Shown here: piece after piece, positions 24,209 through 30,451 of the stretch
How positions within the stretch are numbered: position 1 is the stretch's first letter
Layout of the letters: every line of letters begins with the position of its first letter
Program-made: the position numbers and the translations under genes
The notes under the pieces: generated by a model
Databases searched by the model: none
Told to the model about the DNA's origin: nothing
What the model saw: the letters and a program-made list of their open reading frames with translations, nothing else
Assembly (NCBI RefSeq): GCF_000007985.2
Contig: NC_002939.5
Coordinates: 1,320,001 to 1,352,000 of the forward strand
Direction: 5' to 3'
Length of the DNA stretch: 32,000 nucleotides
Origin: Geobacter sulfurreducens PCA
GTDB lineage: Bacteria; Desulfobacterota; Desulfuromonadia; Geobacterales; Geobacteraceae

Positions 24209-25408
24209 TTACTTGAGATTGCCTATCGCTTCCTCGATCCGATCGAGTCCCTTCTTGATGGTCTCCAGGCTTGTGGCGTAGGAGAGGCGGGCGTAGCGGT
24301 CGTCCCCGAATGCGATGCCGGGAACCAACGCCACTTTGGCGTCTTCAAGCAGATAAGCGGCAAAGTCGGAAGAATTCTCAATCTTCTTGCCGGCCGGGGT
24401 GGTCTTGCCGTACACGCCGGAGAAGTTGGGGAAGGCATAGAAGGCACCGGTGGACTTGAAGCAGGTGACCCCCGGAATGGCATTGAGCCGGTCGACGATG
24501 TAGGTGCGGCGTTTTTCGAATTCCTTGACCATCTCGGCCACGGGCTCCTGGGGTCCGTTCAGTGCCTCTACGGAGGCCTTCTGGGCGATGGAGGTGGCAT
24601 TGGAGGTGGACTGGGACTGCATCTTGGTCATGGCGGCCATGAGCGCCTTGGGGCCGCAGGCGTAGCCGATCCGCCAGCCGGTCATGGAGTAAGCTTTGGA
24701 GACGCCGTTTACGATGATGGTACGGTCCTTGAGCTCCGGGCAGGCCATGGGGATATTGCAGAACTCGAGCCCGTCATAGAGGAGCTTCTCGTAGATGTCG
24801 TCGGAAACCACATAGACGTGGGGGTGCTTGAGCAGCACCGCGGCCAGCGCCTTCAGCTCATCCTTGGTGTAGGTGGAGCCGGTCGGGTTGCAGGGGGAGT
24901 TGAGGATCACGTAGACGGTCCGGGGGGTGATGGCTTTTTCCAGCTGCTCGGCCGTGATCTTGAACCCGGTGGACTCGTCGGTCATGATGAACACCGGCGT
25001 GCCGCCGGCCAGCACGATCTGGTCCGGGTAGGAGACCCAGTAGGGACCAGGGATGATGACTTCGTCTCCCTCCTGGATCAGGGCCTGGGAGATGTTGTAG
25101 AGGGTGTGCTTGGCGCCGCAGGCGACGGAAATCTCGTCGCGGGTGTACTCCAGCCCGTGATCGCGCTTCATTTTGGCGATGATGGCATCTTTCAGATCAT
25201 CGGCGCCGCCCACCGGCATGTATTTGGTGAAACCTGCGTCGATGGCTTTCTTGCCGGCTTCCTTGATGTTGGCCGGGGTGTCGAAATCGGGCTCGCCGGC
25301 ACCGAAGCCGACAACGTCGATGCCCTGAGCCTTCAGTGCCTTTGCCTTGGCATCGATGGACAGGGTGGGGGAAGGCTGGATCTTGTTGACGCGGTCTGCA
25401 AGTTTCAT
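24209..25408 (-). CDS. Aspartate aminotransferase (PLP-dependent, class I)
   Basis: Start MKLADRVNKIQPSPTL follows AAGGAGGG. Contains GEPDFDTP, SKAYSMTGWRIGY (PLP lysine) and ARLSYATS. Confidence 0.93.
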   Translation of the reverse strand: MKLADRVNKIQPSPTLSIDAKAKALKAQGIDVVGFGAGEPDFDTPANIKEAGKKAIDAGFTKYMPVGGADDLKDAIIAKMKRDHGLEYTRDEISVACGAKHTLYNISQALIQEGDEVIIPGPYWVSYPDQIVLAGGTPVFIMTDESTGFKITAEQLEKAITPRTVYVILNSPCNPTGSTYTKDELKALAAVLLKHPHVYVVSDDIYEKLLYDGLEFCNIPMACPELKDRTIIVNGVSKAYSMTGWRIGYACGPKALMAAMTKMQSQSTSNATSIAQKASVEALNGPQEPVAEMVKEFEKRRTYIVDRLNAIPGVTCFKSTGAFYAFPNFSGVYGKTTPAGKKIENSSDFAAYLLEDAKVALVPGIAFGDDRYARLSYATSLETIKKGLDRIEEAIGNLK

Positions 25409-25449
25409 TGTACCCTCCTTGGGGGTGATGGAAATGTCCGAATGGGACA

Positions 25450-25944
25450 CTAACGATCTGGTCCTGCGAATTTGTCCCTGAGCGCCTGGCGGACCAGCGG
25501 CGGCACCAGTCCGTCGATGGGGCCGTTCAGGGAGCTCACCTCCTTCACGATGGAGGAGGAAAGATAGCCGTAGGGAACCGAGGTCATCATGAAGAGGGTC
25601 TCCACATCCTGGGAGATGCTTCGGTTCATCTGGGCGATCTGGAACTCGTACTCGAAGTCGGAAATGGCCCGCAGGCCCCGGATAATGACCGTTGCCTTCT
25701 GGGAGAGGACGTAATCTATCAGAAGGCCGTCGAAAGTGTCAACCCTGGCCCTGACGTTGTCGGCCAGCACCCGCTGGATCATGTCGACCCGCTCGTCGGT
25801 GGTGAACAGGGCCGATTTGGCCGAGTTGCGGGCCACCGCAACGATGACTTGGTCGAATATCCTGAGTGCGCGGTCGATGATGTCCAGGTGACCGTAGGTG
25901 ATCGGGTCGAATGAGCCGGGGTAGACGGCAATCTTGGTCGGCAT
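25450..25944 (-). CDS. coaD: Phosphopantetheine adenylyltransferase
   Basis: Contains IAVYPGSFDPITYGHLDII, RGLRAISDFEYE and SSSIVKE. Confidence 0.95.
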   Translation of the reverse strand: MPTKIAVYPGSFDPITYGHLDIIDRALRIFDQVIVAVARNSAKSALFTTDERVDMIQRVLADNVRARVDTFDGLLIDYVLSQKATVIIRGLRAISDFEYEFQIAQMNRSISQDVETLFMMTSVPYGYLSSSIVKEVSSLNGPIDGLVPPLVRQALRDKFAGPDR

Positions 25945-25950
25945 GGGCGT

Positions 25951-26514
25951 TCAGTTCCTTTTCCGGAAGAATGAGAGGGCGGTATCGCCGTAGATCCGCC
26001 GGTCAACCAAGTGGAGCGGTTCCATGAGGTCGGGTAGTACCTCGTCCACGGCGGACTCGACGACGATGATCGTCTCTTCTGCGATCAGGGGCGACCCTGC
26101 CAGGCGCCCCAGGACCTTGTCAGCCAAGCCGAGCCGGTAGGGCGGGTCGAGCATCACGAGCCGGAAGGAGGCTCCCTCCCGCTCAAGGTAATCAATGGCG
26201 GTCAGGGCATCCCTGGCGATGATGCGGGCCCGGTCGCCGAAGCCGAGTTCATCAAGGTTGCGCCGGATCACGGCCACCGATTCCCGGTGACTGTCCACGA
26301 ACACCGCTTCGCTGCAACCGCGGCTCAATGCTTCAATTCCCAGGTTCCCGGTCCCGGCGAACAGGTCCAGAACGCGTACCTCTTCGAAGCCCTCCATTCC
26401 TGAATGAAGAATGTTGAAGAGAGCCTCCTTGATCCGGTCGGCCGTGGGGCGTACCCGGTTGCCGCGGGGTGCGGCCAGGCGACGGCCCCGGGCGCTTCCG
26501 CCTACGACCCGCAC
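25951..26514 (-). CDS. rsmD: 16S rRNA (guanine966-N2)-methyltransferase RsmD
   Basis: Contains RPTADRIKEALFNIL, LDLFAGTGNLGIEALSRG and LDPPY. Confidence 0.9.
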   Translation of the reverse strand: MRVVGGSARGRRLAAPRGNRVRPTADRIKEALFNILHSGMEGFEEVRVLDLFAGTGNLGIEALSRGCSEAVFVDSHRESVAVIRRNLDELGFGDRARIIARDALTAIDYLEREGASFRLVMLDPPYRLGLADKVLGRLAGSPLIAEETIIVVESAVDEVLPDLMEPLHLVDRRIYGDTALSFFRKRN

Positions 26515-27626
26515 TGGTCCTGTCCGATGAGGGGGGCGATGCGCGAGGCGCTACCCCTGGCGTGGAAGGCCAGCAGGAATTCCTTGGCCTCCCGGTAGGC
26601 CATGTCGTGGATGAGCCGGGCGTTCGCCTCGGGAATGGCGTCGATGTCAGCTTTGAAGATCCGGGTCGCGAACTTGATGTCCCGACCGTTTTCCTTGGCC
26701 CAGCGCCGCATGGCGTCCATCAGGTCCAGGGGAAGCCCGGCATGGGCCACGTTCTGCCAGAGGGTGCCGATATTTCCTTTTCTGATGCCGTAGTCGGCCA
26801 GCTTTCCCACGAGCTTGAGGGGGGTACCGGTGATGCCGTGCTGCACCAATCCGTCCAGGCCAAAGCGCAAGGCCGTCTGGTGGATTTCGCTGGTTCGCTT
26901 GAGGTCAATCCGTACAATCTGGCCGTCCAGGTAGTTTCCCCGCTTGGAGCCGTTGTCGATGGCGAGGAGTTGGGGGTAGACGCCCTGTTCCGCCAGGGCA
27001 GAAAGGAATTCCGCCGTTTCGCTCGCAGTGGTCAGATTCGACTCGGTGCCGACGGGGGTCACCTCGCCAAGTTCCACCTCCAGGCCGTACCCCCGCTCCA
27101 TAACGGCACGGCACAGGTCGACGGTGATGCGGATGTTGTCCGGCAAGGGATTGAACGAGGCATCAACGGCAAAGGAGGTGTAGCCCGCTTCCAGTTGGGC
27201 GGCCATGAGGGCGCGGGCTTCTTCCAGTTCCTGCGATCCGGTGTTCTGGACGGTGGTATGGTCGCCGTGGATGATGAAGGGTTTGGTAAAGCCACACCGT
27301 TCGGCATAGTCCACCACGGTCTCGAAGAAAACCGCCGGCGTCTGGCCCGTGTAACCGCCGTCGACGCCACCCTCGGTGCGCGTAAGCTCGAAGGCTACCA
27401 CGGCATCCAGCTCTTCCGCAGCCTGCATGATGCCGGGGATCACATGTTTGATGCGTGTGTTGCAGGCCATGAGGATCGTGTGTTCATTTCTCAGAGCCCT
27501 GAAAATATCGCGACCGTTGAGCAGGCATACGGACGACCGGTTGCCGAGTTTTTTGCGGATATGATCCGGCACGAGGTCAAGAAGAGGAGTATTCATATCT
27601 ATCCGGGTAACGGCTTGTGTATACAC
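26502..27626 (-). CDS. Class II ketose/fructose-bisphosphate aldolase family protein
   Basis: ILMACNTRIKHVIPGIMQAAEELDAVVAFELTRTEGG...GGYTGQTP...FIIHGDHT resembles the class II aldolase/GatZ-KbaZ superfamily. The start is uncertain (GTG 27626 or ATG 27596). Confidence 0.7.
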   Translation of the reverse strand: MYTQAVTRIDMNTPLLDLVPDHIRKKLGNRSSVCLLNGRDIFRALRNEHTILMACNTRIKHVIPGIMQAAEELDAVVAFELTRTEGGVDGGYTGQTPAVFFETVVDYAERCGFTKPFIIHGDHTTVQNTGSQELEEARALMAAQLEAGYTSFAVDASFNPLPDNIRITVDLCRAVMERGYGLEVELGEVTPVGTESNLTTASETAEFLSALAEQGVYPQLLAIDNGSKRGNYLDGQIVRIDLKRTSEIHQTALRFGLDGLVQHGITGTPLKLVGKLADYGIRKGNIGTLWQNVAHAGLPLDLMDAMRRWAKENGRDIKFATRIFKADIDAIPEANARLIHDMAYREAKEFLLAFHARGSASRIAPLIGQDQCGS

Positions 27627-27653
27627 ATGTAAAATCTTAAAAAAGGCTTAAAA

Positions 27654-27682
27654 ATTTAACATGATGCGTAATGTCTAGTCAA
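27654..27682 (-). promoter_or_regulatory. Putative sigma70 promoter for the aldolase-rsmD-coaD operon (TTGACT-N17-TTAAAT on the minus strand)
   Basis: Read from the reverse complement of 27654-27682. It is back-to-back with the dgt promoter in an AT-rich divergent spacer. Confidence 0.4.
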
Positions 27683-27697
27683 GGGATGTTTTTGTTG

Positions 27698-27726
27698 TTG
27701 ACACCCATGGTACGCCCCATTAGAGT
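27698..27726 (+). promoter_or_regulatory. Putative sigma70 promoter for dgt (TTGACA-N17-TAGAGT)
   Basis: TTGACA at 27698-27703 and TAGAGT at 27721-27726. GGGAGG RBS at 27741-27746 and ATG at 27754. Confidence 0.5.
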
Positions 27727-27753
27727 TTTTTCGTTCAAACGGGAGGTGTCCAT

Positions 27754-28911
27754 ATGGTCGAAGAAGAGGGGATGCGATCCCTGGAGCGGGCTGATCTGGC
27801 CGGCTATGCGGCTCGCAGTTGCCGTTCGCGGGGGCGGATGCACCCGGAAGAGTTCCGGGACGACCGCCCCGCCTTCGAGCGGGACCGGGACAGGATCATC
27901 CACTGTGCGGCGTTCAGGAGGCTGGAGTACAAAACTCAGGTCTTCGTGAACCATGAGGGGGACTACTACCGCACCCGGTTGACCCACTCCCTGGAGGTGG
28001 CCCAGATCGGCAAGGCCATTGCCCGTCGACTCGCCCTGAACGAGGAACTGACCGAGGCTCTGGCCCTGGCCCACGACCTGGGACACACCCCCTTCGGGCA
28101 CACGGGCGAGGAGGTGCTGAACCGTCTGATGGAAGGCTTCGGCGGCTTCGAGCACAATCTTCAGTCGTTCAGGGTGGTGGACCAGTTGGAGGAGCGGTAC
28201 CCCGGCTTCAACGGGCTCAACCTTTCCTGGGAAGTGCTGGAAGGGATCATCAAGCATTCATCGCCCTACGACCGGCCGACCGGTCTGATCGAGGGATTCC
28301 TGCCCGGCGTGGTGCCGACCATCGAAGCTCAGATCATCAACTTCGCCGATGAGATAGCCTACAACAATCACGATATCGACGACGGTCTCAAGTCGGGTTA
28401 CATTACGATTGAGCAACTCAACGGGGTTGACCTCTGGCGTGAGGTTTGGGAGAGGATCGATACCGCCCATCCCGGCCTGGATCGGGAGCGGAAGAAGTTC
28501 CAGACCATAAGCGCGCTGATCGGTCTCCTCATCAGGGACCTGATTACTGCCACCGAGGCGAATCTGCGTGCTTACGGCGTCTCCACCCTTGACGACGTGC
28601 GGCGGGTCAACCGCCCCCTGGTGACCTTCTCGTCCGCCATGGAGGAGCGGAACCGTTCCCTTAAGCGGTTCCTGTTCACAAACCTGTACCGGCACCACAA
28701 GGTGGAGCGGATGCGGGTCAAGGCGGAGCGCTATCTGACGCAGCTGTTCGAGAGTTACGTGAAGCACCCGACGCTGCTCCCCCGCAAGTACCAGCAGAAG
28801 ATGGATACGCTGGGACGCGAGCGCGTGGTCTGCGACTACATCGCCGGCATGACCGACCGCTTCGCCCTTGATGAGTTCAAGCGTTTGTTCGAGCCTTACG
28901 AGCGCGTCTGA
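27754..28911 (+). CDS. dgt: dGTP triphosphohydrolase-like HD-domain protein
   Basis: Contains FERDRDRIIHCAAFRRLEYKTQVF, TRLTHSLEVAQIG, AHDLGHTPFGH, FADEIAYNNHDIDDG and DYIAGMTD. Confidence 0.9.
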   Translation: MVEEEGMRSLERADLAGYAARSCRSRGRMHPEEFRDDRPAFERDRDRIIHCAAFRRLEYKTQVFVNHEGDYYRTRLTHSLEVAQIGKAIARRLALNEELTEALALAHDLGHTPFGHTGEEVLNRLMEGFGGFEHNLQSFRVVDQLEERYPGFNGLNLSWEVLEGIIKHSSPYDRPTGLIEGFLPGVVPTIEAQIINFADEIAYNNHDIDDGLKSGYITIEQLNGVDLWREVWERIDTAHPGLDRERKKFQTISALIGLLIRDLITATEANLRAYGVSTLDDVRRVNRPLVTFSSAMEERNRSLKRFLFTNLYRHHKVERMRVKAERYLTQLFESYVKHPTLLPRKYQQKMDTLGRERVVCDYIAGMTDRFALDEFKRLFEPYERV

Positions 28912-28989
28912 GCGTGCCGGATGTGGATGCGGAGACACGACGCTTGACGGGAGCGCACCTTCTGGTGCATAGAAGATAGATAAAAGCAG

Positions 28990-29103
28990 TTCGATAGACG
29001 ATAAGACTAAACCACCCGCGAGGGTGGGGCGGAAAGCCCACGGGTCTCTCTGAGACAGCCGGGATGCCGAAATGTCGATACGATGTTTCCGTCCCGTTTT
29101 TTT
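28990..29103 (+). promoter_or_regulatory. GEMM-I class cyclic-dinucleotide riboswitch with an overlapping intrinsic terminator (expression platform)
   Basis: The aptamer reads AAGACUAAACC-ACCC-GCGA(GNRA)-GGGU-GGGGCGGAAAGCC-CACGG-GUCUC-ucu-GAGAC-AGCCGGGAUGCCGA. This parallels the V. cholerae Vc2 c-di-GMP-I aptamer as I recall it (CAGGGCAAACC-stem-GAAA-stem-GGGACGCAAAGCC...GCGGGGUUACCGA). The terminator is CGGGAUG(29060-66)-cc-GAAAUGUCG-aua-CGAUGUUUC-CGUCCCG(29090-96)-UUUUUUU. Its 5' arm shares nucleotides with the aptamer P2 3' strand. Confidence 0.75.
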
Positions 29104-29161
29104 GTGCCTGCGTGCTGCCGGTCGGGACGGCAAGACCCCTCTGTTCCGAAAGGAGATCGTC

Positions 29162-29728
29162 ATGAAGAGAGCAGTCCTCGCGTTGTCCCTGGCCTTGACG
29201 GCCGTACCCTGCTTCGCCGCATCCGATGTCGGTTTCGACGTCAACATCAATGTCGGCAACCGACCCCAGGTGGTGGTCCCGGCCCCGCCGCCGGTGGTCG
29301 TTCCCGGCCCGCCCGTGGCCATCGCCGAGCCGCCGGTCTTTCTCGTGCCCCGCTCCCTCGGGTTTTACGTGGCCGTGGGTGTTCCCTATGATCTGTTCTA
29401 TCTCTCCGGCAGCTACTATCTCTGGTCAGGCGATGTGTGGTACCGGTCGAGCCACTACAACGGTCCCTGGGGTGTCGTCAAGTACAAGAACCTTCCTCCC
29501 GGCCTGCGCAAGCACAAACTGGATCGAATCCGCTACCACCGCGACGGAGAGTACCGCGTCTACGAGGTGGAACGTGACCATTACCGGGGCAGGCATTTCC
29601 GGCCCGGCAAGGAATCGAAGCGGGAGCGCAAGATGGACCACGAGCGCTGGAAGGAAGAGCGCAGGAGAGACAAGGACGGTCGCAGGGATCACGGCGGCAA
29701 GGGCCGGGGGCGGGGGCACGACGACTAG
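29162..29728 (+). CDS. Secreted hypothetical protein (signal peptide, Pro-rich segment, aromatic YYLWSGDVWY...GPW core, highly charged R/K/E/D tail)
   Basis: ATG lies 6 nt after AAAGGAG and 58 nt after the riboswitch terminator. The signal peptide is MKRAVLALSLALTAVPCFAAS. The listed start at 29072 would lie inside the riboswitch and was rejected. Confidence 0.75.
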   Translation: MKRAVLALSLALTAVPCFAASDVGFDVNINVGNRPQVVVPAPPPVVVPGPPVAIAEPPVFLVPRSLGFYVAVGVPYDLFYLSGSYYLWSGDVWYRSSHYNGPWGVVKYKNLPPGLRKHKLDRIRYHRDGEYRVYEVERDHYRGRHFRPGKESKRERKMDHERWKEERRRDKDGRRDHGGKGRGRGHDD

Positions 29729-29851
29729 TGGCCTCACGTGCAGCGTTCGGGACCGCAACCGTTCCGGCTCCCGGGCCGTTCTGCCCAGTTGCGCCGCCGG
29801 GACACGGCGGCGCGGCATGAGCCGGAATACCATGGCAGGTAACGTCTACAG

Positions 29852-29881
29852 AAAAGGGGCCGCTGATGCGGCCCCTTTTTG
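29852..29881. terminator. Rho-independent terminator
   Basis: AAAA-GGGGCCGC-tgat-GCGGCCCC-TTTTT: a perfect 8-bp GC stem. Confidence 0.8.
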
Positions 29882-29927
29882 CGTCAGCCGCAAAAAATGC
29901 GACAGGCGAAAAATATGTTACACCTGT

Positions 29928-30266
29928 TCAGACGCCTAACACGAGGGGGATCAGGGTGAAAAGGGAATTGCGCTGTGCCCAGGGTAGCACCGCATTGCTG
30001 GTGCCGCATTCCTTTTCACAGGCAAGTCGCGGTACGCGTACGTGAAGATAGGCTGTATAATGAAAGAAATTTTCCCGGTGCCAGATTTCCTGGACCGACT
30101 CCGAAACATGGGCGTGGGCTCCGCAGCGGGGACAGCGGAATGTTCCCCCATGATAGAAATCAATGGTGATATCCATGCGCCGTTCGGTGTCGGCAAAGGT
30201 TATGGCCTTGATTTCCCATGGGGCCGTGAGGCCTAATGTTGCCGCGATGAGTGCTGCTTCGGTCAT
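29928..30266 (-). pseudogene. N-terminal fragment of an ISL3-family transposase (zf-ISL3 region only); IS remnant
   Basis: LGLTAPWEIKAITF...FRCPRCGAHAHVSESVQEIWHRENFFHYTAYLHVRVPRLACEKECGTSNAVLPWAQRNSLFT matches the ISL3 N-terminal zinc-finger pattern (CPxCG...R.WRHL...PR..C..CG....PWA...S.FT). The ORF stops after about 110 aa, whereas intact ISL3 transposases are, as I recall, about 400 aa or more. Confidence 0.7.
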
Positions 30267-30451
30267 GGATGGTATCCCTCGACCCTGATCCGGGAGAGTT
30301 TGAACTCGTTTAGTGCTGTTTATGGGCATTTACACAAAATGTGCCATGGAATTCCTGATGGCATGTTTTCTGCTGGATTCGCAGGTTAGGGCAGGCCGGC
30401 TGCAGGATGGGAGTCCCTGAGCCCTGTCAAATATCGGAGCAGTGAGTTGTC

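Noticed and set aside
24818-25453. 211-aa plus-strand ORF
   Set aside because: Antisense to the aspartate aminotransferase gene.
26469-27632. 387-aa plus-strand ORF
   Set aside because: Antisense to the class II aldolase-family gene, which has the GGYTG and HGDH motifs and sits in an operon with rsmD and coaD.
29072-29161. Upstream start (29072) listed for the secreted-protein ORF
   Set aside because: It would place the first 30 codons inside the riboswitch terminator. ATG at 29162 has an AAAGGAG RBS and begins a canonical signal peptide.
27679-29322. 192-aa and 354-aa minus-strand ORFs (27679-28257 and 28258-29322)
   Set aside because: They are antisense to dgt (HD-domain motifs on the + strand). 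The second also runs across the riboswitch and the start of the secreted-protein gene.
29791-29813. Perfect 9-bp GC hairpin GCGCCGCCG-ggaca-CGGCGGCGC
   Set aside because: There is no U-tract on either strand and no second copy in the window. The true terminator lies 40 nt downstream. It is possibly an RNA-stabilising stem, but there is too little evidence to call a feature.
29226-29939. 237-aa plus-strand ORF overlapping the secreted-protein gene in another frame
   Set aside because: It has no RBS and an S/T/R/A/W-rich composition. It reads through the strong terminator at 29852-29881.
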